The notes below the pieces were generated by a model. It searched no databases, had not been told where the DNA came from, and saw only the letters and a list, made by a program, of their open reading frames with translations. Positions 11,424 through 23,077 of a stretch of DNA of 64,000 nucleotides are shown here, in pieces. The stretch is taken from positions 33,628 to 97,627 of the forward strand of contig JANQMT010000105.1 in the NCBI GenBank assembly GCA_028279945.1. The letters are read 5' to 3'. The stretch comes from Clostridia bacterium. Its GTDB lineage: Bacteria; Bacillota; Clostridia; Peptostreptococcales; JAAYPU01. The translations under genes were made by a program, and so were the position numbers. Position 1 is the stretch's first letter; each line of letters starts with the position of its first letter.

Positions 11424-12344
11424 ATGTTCCAAGCAACCGTAATAGGCGGCATCACAGTAGATATCGAAGGCGTTCCGTATAGCCCGCTTATAAAAAAAGA
11501 TTCTAATCCTGGAACTGTACATATTTCCTTTGGCGGAGTAGGAAAAAACATTGCTGAAAACCTTATTAATTTAGGGTTGTCAACACATTTTATATCAACG
11601 GTAGGTAATGATTTTTTTGGTAAATCTGCTTTAGATTATTTAAAACAAATAGGATTTGAAACAAAAAATATTACCATTGAAGCTAAGGGTTCTACAGCTT
11701 CATATGTTTCTATTTTAAATGACAAGAGAGATATGGAATTGGCGCTTAATGATATGGCTATATTTGATGATTGGCAATGTGACTTAAAAGCTATTGACCA
11801 GGTCATAGGATCTTCGGATATTATTGTTCTGGATACCAACATTTCCATATCATTGATTAACCATATTTTGGACCGATATAAGAGTAAAAAGTTTCTGGTG
11901 GACCCGGTATCTGTAACAAAAGCAGCAAAGGTTAAAAATAGAATAGGTGCTTTTGAGATGGTTAAGCCCAATAAATTAGAAGCTCAGATGTTAGCAGGCA
12001 TTCAAATAGATAGTCGGCAGCAATTAGAAAAAGCAGGAGAGATTCTATTGAACCAAGGTGTAAAAAAAGTGTTTATTACATTAGGAGAAGAAGGCGTTTA
12101 TTATAAAGATAATAAGGAACAGGGGATTGTTAAGATACCGTGCTGTACGGTTCAAAGTGCAACAGGAGCAGGGGATGCTTTTACAGCCGGTATTGTGTAT
12201 GGTCTTTCCCGTTGGTTGAGTATAAAAGAATTGGCGCATTATGGATGTACGGCTGCATATTTTGCATTGCAGAGTGAAAAAACAGTTAGTGACCAATTGT
12301 CTTCACAGGAAATTGAAGAAAATGTAAAGGAGATATTTTATTAA
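11424..12344 (+). CDS. psuK: PfkB-family carbohydrate kinase, probable pseudouridine kinase
   Basis: PfkB motifs GGVGKNIAENL and GAGDAF. Stop overlaps the start of psuG (TAATG). Confidence 0.7.
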   Translation: MFQATVIGGITVDIEGVPYSPLIKKDSNPGTVHISFGGVGKNIAENLINLGLSTHFISTVGNDFFGKSALDYLKQIGFETKNITIEAKGSTASYVSILNDKRDMELALNDMAIFDDWQCDLKAIDQVIGSSDIIVLDTNISISLINHILDRYKSKKFLVDPVSVTKAAKVKNRIGAFEMVKPNKLEAQMLAGIQIDSRQQLEKAGEILLNQGVKKVFITLGEEGVYYKDNKEQGIVKIPCCTVQSATGAGDAFTAGIVYGLSRWLSIKELAHYGCTAAYFALQSEKTVSDQLSSQEIEENVKEIFY

Positions 12345-13261
12345 TGTATGAAAAGGTTTTGGAGATCAGCTCTGAAGTAAAAGAAGCCCTAAATAATCAT
12401 CAACCTGTTGTTGCTTTGGAATCTACTATTATTTCTCATGGAATGCCTTATCCTGCAAATGTTGAGACCGCTTTAAATGTATGTGAAATAGTGAGAGAAA
12501 ATGGAGCAGTGCCGGCAACCATAGGTATTGTTAAAGGAAAATTGAAAGTGGGTATGACCGAAGAAGATATAGAATATTTTGCTCAAGCAAAAGATATTCT
12601 GAAAATCAGCAGAAAAGATATGCCATATGCGGTATCCCAAGGGATGAATGGTGCTACTACAGTAGCCGGGACTATGATCATTGCACATATGGCGGGAATT
12701 CAAGTATTTGTGACAGGCGGGATAGGCGGCGTCCATAGGGGTGCATCAGAGAGCTTTGATATATCGGCAGATTTAATGGAATTAGCCAATACCGATGTAG
12801 TGGTTGTATGCGCCGGCGCCAAGTCCATTTTAGATATAGGCGCTACCTTAGAATATCTTGAAACCAATGGGGTACCTGTTTTGGGATACCAAACAACCCA
12901 GTTTCCTGCTTTTTACAGCAGAAAGAGTGGATTCAAAGTGGATTATTCTATGAATAACATTGATGAAGCAGCCAGCTTTATAAAAGCAAAAAAAGAACTG
13001 AATTTAAAAGGCGGCGTTGTTCTTGGATGCCCAATCCCACAGGAATTTGAATTAGACTCTAAAATCATTGAAGCGGTGATTCAACAGGCATTGCATAAGC
13101 TAAATGAAAAAAGTATATCGGGAAAAGAAGTAACACCATTTCTATTAAATGAGATAAAAGAAATTACAAAAGGAGATAGTTTGGCTGCTAATATACAGTT
13201 GGTATTTAACAATGCGCAAATAGGTGCTCAACTATCATATAAGTTACAAACAATATCATAA
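12344..13261 (+). CDS. psuG: pseudouridine-5'-phosphate glycosidase
   Basis: IndA/PsuG family. N-terminal VALESTIISHGMPYP and GGIGGVHRG motifs. Confidence 0.88.
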   Translation: MYEKVLEISSEVKEALNNHQPVVALESTIISHGMPYPANVETALNVCEIVRENGAVPATIGIVKGKLKVGMTEEDIEYFAQAKDILKISRKDMPYAVSQGMNGATTVAGTMIIAHMAGIQVFVTGGIGGVHRGASESFDISADLMELANTDVVVVCAGAKSILDIGATLEYLETNGVPVLGYQTTQFPAFYSRKSGFKVDYSMNNIDEAASFIKAKKELNLKGGVVLGCPIPQEFELDSKIIEAVIQQALHKLNEKSISGKEVTPFLLNEIKEITKGDSLAANIQLVFNNAQIGAQLSYKLQTIS

Positions 13262-13277
13262 TATTTGGAGGAGAAAT

Positions 13278-13730
13278 ATGGAAGATAAAATTCTAATGAA
13301 AAAAAACAAAAGTATTGCTCTTGTAGCACATGATCATAGAAAAGGAGATTTATTGAACTGGGTTAAACGTAACAGAGAGAAATTAGAAAAACACCACTTA
13401 CATGGAACCGGAACGACAGCAAGGCTAATCCAAGAGGAGACATCGTTAAATGTAACCGCATTTATGAGCGGACCATTAGGCGGTGACCAACAGATCGGTT
13501 CTAGAATCGTAGAAGGGGATATAGACTTTATTGTTTTCTTCTGGGATCCGCTATGTGCACAGCCTCATGATCCGGATGTAAAAGCGTTATTGAGAATTGC
13601 GGTATTATATGATATTCCTATTGCTATGAATCAATCCACTGCCGACTTTGCCTTTACATCACCATATATCGATCAAGAATATGAAAGAAAAGTCATTAAT
13701 TACTCAGCTAGATTAAAAAATAGACCATAA
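13278..13730 (+). CDS. mgsA: methylglyoxal synthase
   Basis: ALVAHDHRK, GTGTT, GPLGGDQQIG and PHDPDV motifs. ATG 13278 follows GGAGGAG. Confidence 0.92.
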   Translation: MEDKILMKKNKSIALVAHDHRKGDLLNWVKRNREKLEKHHLHGTGTTARLIQEETSLNVTAFMSGPLGGDQQIGSRIVEGDIDFIVFFWDPLCAQPHDPDVKALLRIAVLYDIPIAMNQSTADFAFTSPYIDQEYERKVINYSARLKNRP

Positions 13731-13742
13731 GAGGTGAATGAA

Positions 13743-14180
13743 ATGGGAAGCTTAATGGGAATCATACTGGCTATATGTATAGGAATGTGTGTCTGCATGC
13801 AGCCTGTTTTTACTAATAATATTTCCAAAGCTACTGGTACATTTGAAGCTGCATTTGTCAGTATATCTACAACTTTTATTCTAATAACCTGTATTGTTTT
13901 TATTTTTGGGAAAGGGGACCTGACTAAAATCGTTGAGGTGCCTAAATACTTTTATTTTGCAGGTGCTATGGGTATAGTTGTAGTAGTGGGCTCCATTTTT
14001 ACCATAAGGATTTTAGGACCCGCAATGTCCATTTCTATTGTAATAGCAGCTCAAATAGGAATGTCTGTTATTCTGGAGCATTTTGGATTGTTTGGGGTTG
14101 AGCAAGTTTCAATCAGTATGAGTAGAATTTTAGGCATTTTATTGATGATAGGAGGCATTATTTTTATTAAAGGCTTCTAA
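13743..14180 (+). CDS. small DMT-superfamily membrane protein (YdcZ/DUF606-like)
   Basis: About 145 aa with 4-5 TM helices. ATG 13743 follows GAGGTG. Confidence 0.6.
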   Translation: MGSLMGIILAICIGMCVCMQPVFTNNISKATGTFEAAFVSISTTFILITCIVFIFGKGDLTKIVEVPKYFYFAGAMGIVVVVGSIFTIRILGPAMSISIVIAAQIGMSVILEHFGLFGVEQVSISMSRILGILLMIGGIIFIKGF

Positions 14181-14250
14181 AAAGCAGGGGTTTATTGTAT
14201 AGCCCAAGTATTATTAAGCAACCTTTATTATATAATATAGGAGAAAAATC

Positions 14251-15003
14251 ATGGACGTTTATCAATATATTATACTTGCTGTGGTTGGTATTATAGCAGG
14301 TTTTATCAATACGGTAGGCGGCGGGGGTTCTGTTATCGTCATATCGATTATGATATTTTTTGGTATGCCTTCTGCTGTCGCTAACGGTACCAATAGAGTA
14401 GCACTATTATTTCAAAATGGTTCTGCTGTCTATAATTTTAAAAGAATGGGCTATTTTGACCTTAAGACCAGCTTAATATTTGCATTACCTGCGGTTGTCG
14501 GGTCAATTGCCGGGTCAAATATAGCGGTTAACATACCTGATAGTATTTTTAACAAGTTGCTTGCAGGCGTTATGGTTGTTGTATTATTACAAATCATATT
14601 TCAACCGGAAAAGAAGCTTAAAATAAATCAAGAAGACGAAATGACAAAAAAGCATCAAATCATTGGTGGTATTGTTTTCTTTTTTGTTGGCATATATGGC
14701 GGTATGATTCAAGCAGGAGTAGGGTTTGTCATCATAGCAGCCATGACTGTCATTACCAACTACACATTAGTGCGCATTAATTCAGTAAAAGTATTTGTTG
14801 TTGGATTATATACCATTTCATCTTTAGTGGTTTTTTTAATGAATGGCAAAGTCAATATCATTTTAGGACTTTGTATTGCGGCCGGCAACGTACTAGGGGC
14901 TTATTTAGGCAGTCGTTTTGCTGTTTTGAAGGGCGACAAATGGATAAAAATTATCCTGGCCATAACCATATCGGGACTGGTCATCAGGCTTTTATTACAA
15001 TAA
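14251..15003 (+). CDS. TauE/SafE-family anion exporter-like membrane protein
   Basis: 250 aa polytopic protein with duplicated GGGGS/GxxGG-type helices typical of the TauE/SafE family. Confidence 0.75.
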   Translation: MDVYQYIILAVVGIIAGFINTVGGGGSVIVISIMIFFGMPSAVANGTNRVALLFQNGSAVYNFKRMGYFDLKTSLIFALPAVVGSIAGSNIAVNIPDSIFNKLLAGVMVVVLLQIIFQPEKKLKINQEDEMTKKHQIIGGIVFFFVGIYGGMIQAGVGFVIIAAMTVITNYTLVRINSVKVFVVGLYTISSLVVFLMNGKVNIILGLCIAAGNVLGAYLGSRFAVLKGDKWIKIILAITISGLVIRLLLQ

Positions 15004-15124
15004 AAAAGGGACACAGGAATAATATTTTGCTTTGCAAAATATAAATTAACCACGAACTCTACCTAATTATGCTATACTAATTAGGTGTGCTGAAAAACAT
15101 AGATACTATTTTGGGGAGGTTAAG

Positions 15125-17341
15125 ATGGACTTAAGTATGCTGAATGAACGACAGAGAGAAGCTGTTTTACATATAGAAGGGCCCTTATTGATATTAGCCG
15201 GAGCAGGCTCCGGGAAAACCAATACGATGACACATAGAATCGCTTACATGATTGAAGAAAAAAACATACAACCATACGAGATATTAGCAGTAACATTTAC
15301 CAATAAAGCTGCGGCAGAAATGAAGGCAAGAGTGGAGAAGCTTATTGGGGCTAATTTTAATATATGGATGACCACCTTCCATTCCGCTTGTATGAGAATA
15401 TTAAGACAACAAATAGAAGCCTTAGGTTATAGCAAGGACTTTACCATATACGATAGTACCGACCAAAAGACCGTCATAAAAGAATGTATCAAACAAGAAA
15501 ATTTAGATGATAAAGTCATTACGATTCCATATGTACAAAAAATAATAGGGGATTGTAAAGACAAAGGGATGTCACCAAAAGAATTTGAAAAGCCTCTGAA
15601 TGTGAATACAAAAGAATATAAAATTGCCAAAGTCTATGAAAGATATGAAAATACACTCAGAAAAAATAATGCTTTGGATTTTGACGATTTGATTCTTAAA
15701 ACCGTTGAATTATTTGAGAAATTTCCTGAGATATTGGAACATTACCAAAATCGATTCAGATACATCATGGTAGATGAGTATCAGGATACCAACTATATGC
15801 AATATCGATTTGTTTACCTTCTTGCTCAAAAGAATAAGAATATCTGTGTTGTGGGTGATGATGACCAATGTATATACGAGTGGAGAGGTGCAGATATTCG
15901 AAATATATTAGACTTTGAGAAGGATTTTAGTGATACCAAGACTATTAAATTAGAGCAAAACTATAGATCTACCGGGACTATTTTAGATGGCGCACATTCT
16001 GTCATTAGAAACAACTCAGGAAGAAAAAGGAAAAAACTGTGGACAAGTAAAGAAGAAGGCAATAAAATCAACTATTTCAGAGGCATGACTGAAAAAGATG
16101 AGGCCATGTATATTGCAAGAGAAATAGAAAGGCAAAAAGGCATTGAACTCAGCTATTCTGATTTTGCAGTTTTGTATCGAACACATGCACAATCCAGATC
16201 TCTGGAAGACGCCTTATCGATGTATGATATTCCTTATAGAATTTTCGGCGGACTAAGATTCTATGATAGAAAAGAAGTAAAGGATTTATTGGCTTATCTT
16301 AAACTGGTGCAAAATCCTATAGATGAACTCAGTATAAAAAGAGTTATCAACGAACCCAAAAGAGGGATTGGTCTAAAGACCATGGAAAAATTATCTAACT
16401 TGGCAGGGCTTAGAAATGATGATCTTTTTCACACCATGCTGAATGAAGAAGTAGTAGAAGGATTATCTGCTAAAATATCTAAAGGCATCAAGCATTTCAC
16501 AGGAATTATTGCTCGTCATCATAATAAGAAAGAGACATTAAAGGTGTCGGAGATATATGAAGGGCTGTTAGATGAATCCGGATATATAAGAGATTTAGAA
16601 GCACAAAATACGGTTGAAGCAAAAAGTAGAATAGAAAACCTTATGGAATTAAAATCTGTTATATATGAATATGAACAATCTTCAGAGAATCCGAACCTAT
16701 TTGAATTCCTTGAAAAGATATCCTTAATAACAGATATTGATAACTATGACCCATCGGAAGAAGCGGTTTTGTTAATGACGCTGCATAGTGCAAAAGGATT
16801 AGAATTTCCGGTGGTATTTATGCCGGGAATGGAAGAAGGACTTTTTCCGGGAAGGCGTGCCCTCGATTCGCAGGAAGGCTTAGAGGAAGAACGAAGACTA
16901 TGTTACGTCGGCATGACAAGAGCTAAAGAAAGATTACACTTGTCCCACGCCGACCAAAGAATGCTTTATGGTCGAACGGAATATACCAGAGTATCCAGAT
17001 TCATGAATGAGATAGATCAGAGCCTCCTGGAAGGCTATGAGCCGGCTAAGGAGAAACCTAAACCAAACCCATATTACGAAGAAAGCAGAAATCATTTTTC
17101 TCCATTTCAACAGATGAAATATATAAAAAATGGGGAGAATAAAATTGTAAAACCGAATACTGCAAATAATAGCACCAATAGTGAAGTCAGAACCGGTGAT
17201 AAAGTAAAACATAAAACATTTGGCGAAGGTTTGGTGGTATCCCTAGAAAAAAAAGACAATACCATGGTGACCATCGTATTCGATAAAGTAGGCATAAAGA
17301 CACTGGCATTAGAATTTGCCCCACTGGAAAAAATCGGCTAA
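15125..17341 (+). CDS. pcrA: ATP-dependent DNA helicase PcrA
   Basis: UvrD/PcrA motifs AGAGSGKT, VDEYQDTN, YRS and TLHSAKGLEF. Conserved pcrA-ligA pairing. Confidence 0.93.
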   Translation: MDLSMLNERQREAVLHIEGPLLILAGAGSGKTNTMTHRIAYMIEEKNIQPYEILAVTFTNKAAAEMKARVEKLIGANFNIWMTTFHSACMRILRQQIEALGYSKDFTIYDSTDQKTVIKECIKQENLDDKVITIPYVQKIIGDCKDKGMSPKEFEKPLNVNTKEYKIAKVYERYENTLRKNNALDFDDLILKTVELFEKFPEILEHYQNRFRYIMVDEYQDTNYMQYRFVYLLAQKNKNICVVGDDDQCIYEWRGADIRNILDFEKDFSDTKTIKLEQNYRSTGTILDGAHSVIRNNSGRKRKKLWTSKEEGNKINYFRGMTEKDEAMYIAREIERQKGIELSYSDFAVLYRTHAQSRSLEDALSMYDIPYRIFGGLRFYDRKEVKDLLAYLKLVQNPIDELSIKRVINEPKRGIGLKTMEKLSNLAGLRNDDLFHTMLNEEVVEGLSAKISKGIKHFTGIIARHHNKKETLKVSEIYEGLLDESGYIRDLEAQNTVEAKSRIENLMELKSVIYEYEQSSENPNLFEFLEKISLITDIDNYDPSEEAVLLMTLHSAKGLEFPVVFMPGMEEGLFPGRRALDSQEGLEEERRLCYVGMTRAKERLHLSHADQRMLYGRTEYTRVSRFMNEIDQSLLEGYEPAKEKPKPNPYYEESRNHFSPFQQMKYIKNGENKIVKPNTANNSTNSEVRTGDKVKHKTFGEGLVVSLEKKDNTMVTIVFDKVGIKTLALEFAPLEKIG

Positions 17342-17365
17342 CTATCTCTGTAACCTGTAATCTAA

Positions 17366-19363
<1,998 letters not shown>

Positions 19364-19402
19364 TACCAATTCGTTCAGCTTGCTATAATTAATAAATGTA
19401 TG

Positions 19403-19460
19403 AAAAAAACCTCCAATGGTAATGTGGTTAGAAAGAACACACCACCAAGGAGGTTTATTT
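19403..19460. terminator. long imperfect hairpin between convergent ligA and regulator genes
   Basis: AACCTCC ... GGAGGTT outer stem, with an A-run 5' and a T-run 3'. Confidence 0.5.
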
Positions 19461-19468
19461 TATTGTTA

Positions 19469-20020
19469 TCACAGTGTACCTTTTATAGAAAACCAATAAG
19501 AAACAGATGTTTCGCTGGAGGGATTGCGATACTTATGAGGGGTGTTTTTGGGAATATAAATGGTATCGCCTTGGCATAAGGTGTGAATCTCGTTATTAAT
19601 GTGAATCTCCATAGTGCCTTCGGTGATTAAGCCTACCTCATCGGTACTGTGACCCCAAGAATTTTTACTTAACTGGCTGTTGCCCTCTGTTATAATACAT
19701 ATACCATTGAGTTCCGAATAGTCAGGAACCACCAACTCGTATTTAATGGGAGATCCTTCTTCTGTCAATATATCATCTCTCTCATCACTTCGAATAACCA
19801 TAGCGGTAGGTGCTTTAGTGGATTCAAAAAATTCTACGATGTTGATATCCAATGCTTGACATATCAATTGCAGATTCGCTACAGACGGAGAGTTTTGATT
19901 TCTTTCTAAATTACTTATAAAACCAATTGATAAATCAGTCATTTCAGCCAATTCTTTTATTGTAATGTTCCGTTCTTTTCTTAATTCTTTTATTTTGTTC
20001 CCTAAATTCATAATGTTCAC
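19469..20020 (-). CDS. XRE-family HTH regulator with C-terminal cupin domain
   Basis: HTH_3 N-terminus (IKELRKERNITIKELAEMTDLSIGFISNLERN) and a cupin C-terminus. Divergent from the 20374 operon. Confidence 0.85.
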   Translation of the reverse strand: MNIMNLGNKIKELRKERNITIKELAEMTDLSIGFISNLERNQNSPSVANLQLICQALDINIVEFFESTKAPTAMVIRSDERDDILTEEGSPIKYELVVPDYSELNGICIITEGNSQLSKNSWGHSTDEVGLITEGTMEIHINNEIHTLCQGDTIYIPKNTPHKYRNPSSETSVSYWFSIKGTL

Positions 20021-20268
20021 CTATTTTTTTATTTTATTATGACATCATTATATCATTTTCAGTATTTTGAATCAAATGAATAAAATGGTGAATTTTTGAT
20101 TATGAATGAAAAACTTAAATGAAGGAAATTCTATGGATAAACGTGAGTCAATATAGGTACTATTATAGATGCTTATGACATGGAAAAAGGCAGAATCACC
20201 ATAAACCTTATTTAGAATGAAAAGGTTAAAACATTTCAATAAAATGAAATATATTTAAGATAATCATT

Positions 20269-20280
20269 AAAATAGTGAAA
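20269..20280 (+). promoter_or_regulatory. operator-like box AAAATAGTGAAA, copy 1, abutting the -35
   Basis: Exact 12-mer repeated at 20325..20336. A related AAAATGGTGAA lies at 20082..20092. Confidence 0.4.
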
Positions 20281-20286
20281 AAAATA

Positions 20287-20315
20287 TTGACAATGTTGTC
20301 TTTAAGATTTAGAAT
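20287..20315 (+). promoter_or_regulatory. candidate sigma-A promoter of the proline-racemase-family/TRAP operon
   Basis: TTGACA, 17-nt spacer, TAGAAT. Confidence 0.55.
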
Positions 20316-20324
20316 AAAGTTAAT

Positions 20325-20336
20325 AAAATAGTGAAA
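20325..20336 (+). promoter_or_regulatory. operator-like box AAAATAGTGAAA, copy 2, just downstream of the -10
   Basis: Exact repeat of 20269..20280, 56 bp away. Confidence 0.4.
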
Positions 20337-20373
20337 TAGTTTTCAAAAAAATGAAAAAAGATGGGGAGGATGT

Positions 20374-21414
20374 ATGCAGTGGTCTAAAATACTTACGCTT
20401 TATGGTGTTCATGCTGAAGGTGAAGTAGGTAGAGTTATTACGGGTGGCGTTATAGATATCCCAGGAAAAACAATGCTTGATAAAATGCGCTATATCAATG
20501 AGGAAAACGACTGGCTTAAGAGATTCACCCTTTATGAGCCAAGAGGTAGTGCACAGATGTCAGCCAATGTTCTGGTACCACCGGTCAATGAGGAAGCGGT
20601 TGCAGGTTTTATTGTTTTACAGCCGGATCAGGCACATGCATTAAGTGGATCTAATACGATGTGTGTGACAACGGTACTGTTAGAGACAGGCATGGTTCCA
20701 ATGAAAGAACCTTTTACAGAATTTAAATTAGATACTCCGGCGGGGTTGATACCGGTTAAGGCTGAGTGTAAGGGCGGCAAAGTTTTAAACGTGACCATTG
20801 ATGTCTGCCCAAGCTTTGCAGAGTGTCTGGATACGGAGATTACCGTTGAAGATATTGGTAACATAACAGTAGATATAGGCTTTGGCGGATGTTATTTTTG
20901 TATGGTAGATGTGAAACAACTGGGTTTTGAAATTTCACCCCAAAATGCAAGGAAAATGGTGGAGGTAGCAAAAAAGTTAAAGAAAGCTGCTGATGAGCAG
21001 ATAAAAGTTCAACATCCTGAAGAACCGCTTTTTAATCATATAGAGTATATGATGTATACAGATGTTAATGGTGACGAAGCGCATGTTTATAAAAATGGAA
21101 CCATTATTTATCCGGGAAGAGTTGATCGTTCCCCATGTGGAACAGGCTCGTCATCTAGGATGGCAGTGATGCATGCTAAAAAAGAATTGAAATGCGGTGA
21201 AACAGTATGGATGGAATCAACAATAGGCGGCCGATTTAAGGCAGAAATTGTTGAAGAACTTGAATTATGCGATGGCAGAAAAGCAATTATCCCAAGGCTG
21301 TCCGGAAGATGCTGGATCTATGCTATTGAGCATTTTGGAGTGGATCCTTCCGATCCGTTTCAAACAGGATATGTCATGGCAGATACTTGGGGGCCTGATG
21401 TAGAAACAATTTAA
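20374..21414 (+). CDS. proline racemase superfamily protein (Ser/Cys active-site variant)
   Basis: 346 aa. HAEGE N-terminus and DRSPCGTGSS second catalytic motif. The first catalytic motif reads LSGSNTM instead of MCGH. Confidence 0.85.
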   Translation: MQWSKILTLYGVHAEGEVGRVITGGVIDIPGKTMLDKMRYINEENDWLKRFTLYEPRGSAQMSANVLVPPVNEEAVAGFIVLQPDQAHALSGSNTMCVTTVLLETGMVPMKEPFTEFKLDTPAGLIPVKAECKGGKVLNVTIDVCPSFAECLDTEITVEDIGNITVDIGFGGCYFCMVDVKQLGFEISPQNARKMVEVAKKLKKAADEQIKVQHPEEPLFNHIEYMMYTDVNGDEAHVYKNGTIIYPGRVDRSPCGTGSSSRMAVMHAKKELKCGETVWMESTIGGRFKAEIVEELELCDGRKAIIPRLSGRCWIYAIEHFGVDPSDPFQTGYVMADTWGPDVETI

Positions 21415-21429
21415 TTTGGAGGGGAAAAA

Positions 21430-22458
21430 ATGAGAAAATTTTATAAGACGATTCTTGCAATGGTACTGGTTATATGCATGCTAAGCGTATCAGCGTGCTC
21501 TGGAGAAAAACCTGATGAAGCCGTAGAAAAAGAAGTCATTAAATTAAGGCTTGCCGGGCAGCACGCAGCTGAACATCCTGCAACAGAAGCACTTAATAGG
21601 ATTGCAGATAAAATAATGACAGATTCCAATGGAGAGATTGAAATAATGGTTTATCCATCCAACCAGCTTGGGGATTATACACTTGTATATGAGGAAGTCA
21701 TGACAGGTTCAATTGATATGGCACATATCTTTGTACCAAGTCAATATGATGAAAAACTTGAAATCAACTCTATTCCATATTTGGTTGAAAATTATGAAGC
21801 TATGGAGAAAGTATTTTCTGAAGGTTCCAATTTCTACAGAATTTATTCAGAACTTCATCAGAATCTCGGGGTGCATCTATTGGGTATATATGCAGAAGGG
21901 TTCATTGGTTATGGTATGAAAGAAATGCCGGAAAACTATTTAGATCCTACTAAGACTAAAACGAATCTAGTGAGAACGCCTGCTATGGATGTATACAAGC
22001 TGGCAACTGAAGATATGGGGTATCCATCCACGACTATTGCTTATGCCGATCTTTACACTGCTTTGCAAACAGGTGTGGCTGACGGATGGGTAGGCGGAAC
22101 GGCTCTTATGAATTATCTTTGGTTTAGGGATGTTGTTGATTATTTTATCCCATACAACATATTCGTAGAAAATACAGCTTATCTCATCAACCAAGAAACA
22201 TGGAATTCTTTATCTTCTGAACATCAGGCAATTATTGAAGAAGCATTTGAAATAGAATCTAAAAAAAGTTTTGAAATCTGTGAATCCGAAGAAATGCAAG
22301 CCAAAGAAGATTTAATTGCAGACGGCAATGAAGTGATTGAAATAAACGAAGAAGACAGAGTAGCACTAGCCGATTATATTAGAAATACAACGTGGCCTAA
22401 ATTAGAAGCAAAATTTAGTAAAGAAATCATGGATGAACTTAAAAAAGACGTAGAGTAA
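21430..22458 (+). CDS. TRAP transporter substrate-binding protein (DctP family), lipoprotein
   Basis: Lipobox SACS. DctP-like core (IKLRLAGQHAAEHPATEAL, VYPSNQLGD). Confidence 0.8.
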   Translation: MRKFYKTILAMVLVICMLSVSACSGEKPDEAVEKEVIKLRLAGQHAAEHPATEALNRIADKIMTDSNGEIEIMVYPSNQLGDYTLVYEEVMTGSIDMAHIFVPSQYDEKLEINSIPYLVENYEAMEKVFSEGSNFYRIYSELHQNLGVHLLGIYAEGFIGYGMKEMPENYLDPTKTKTNLVRTPAMDVYKLATEDMGYPSTTIAYADLYTALQTGVADGWVGGTALMNYLWFRDVVDYFIPYNIFVENTAYLINQETWNSLSSEHQAIIEEAFEIESKKSFEICESEEMQAKEDLIADGNEVIEINEEDRVALADYIRNTTWPKLEAKFSKEIMDELKKDVE

Positions 22459-22530
22459 TTGAATGAGCCTGGCATTTGCTGGGCTTATTTAAAAAGCAAT
22501 AGCGGGATTATAGACAGAGAGGAGTATCCA

Positions 22531-23058
22531 ATGGAACAATTTACTTCAAAAATAAAGCATAGTTTTCTATGGCATATTTTGAAAAAAGTACAGCAGATTA
22601 TATTGATCATTTGCAGTATTGCAGCAGTAAGTATTATAGTTCTTGCCGTAGTTATGCGTTATATCTTTGGCACAGATTTATATGGAATGGAAGAAATCAT
22701 AGTTATTGTGGCATTTTGGCTTTATTTCATTGGTGGTGCATATGGCAGCTATGAAAAAAGCCATATAAAAGCAGATATTATATCAGTATACGTTAAAAAT
22801 GAAAAAATAAAAGTCATATTGGCTGTTATAACGGGTGCAATTGAAACCATAGTATCAGCTGTACTTACACATTGGGGTTATGGATATTTCATGTGGGGAA
22901 TTGAGAAAGGCGCAAAATCACCTGGATTAAAAATTCCACTGGTTTTTTCTCAGAGCGTCATTTTTTTCGGATTATTCTTAATGACATTTTATTTCTTAAT
23001 TTACTTTATTGACGCCATTATTATTGCAAAAAATAGACTTGCCAATGGTAATGAGTGA
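22531..23058 (+). CDS. TRAP transporter small permease (DctQ family)
   Basis: About 175 aa with 4 TM helices. ATG 22531 follows GAGGAG. Lies between the DctP and DctM genes. Confidence 0.75.
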   Translation: MEQFTSKIKHSFLWHILKKVQQIILIICSIAAVSIIVLAVVMRYIFGTDLYGMEEIIVIVAFWLYFIGGAYGSYEKSHIKADIISVYVKNEKIKVILAVITGAIETIVSAVLTHWGYGYFMWGIEKGAKSPGLKIPLVFSQSVIFFGLFLMTFYFLIYFIDAIIIAKNRLANGNE

Positions 23059-23077
23059 TGATATTTAAGGAGGCACA

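Noticed and set aside
15061-15086. Perfect 9-bp inverted repeat ACCTAATTA-N8-TAATTAGGT upstream of pcrA; considered as a LexA/DinR box or operator.
   Set aside because: It does not resemble the CGAAC-N4-GTTCG SOS box. It may simply be a promoter-proximal AT-rich palindrome, and there is no supporting context.
21713-22754. Alternative-frame ORFs 21713..21919(+), 21967..22194(-) and 22569..22754(+).
   Set aside because: They lie inside the DctP and DctQ genes, which have coherent family features.
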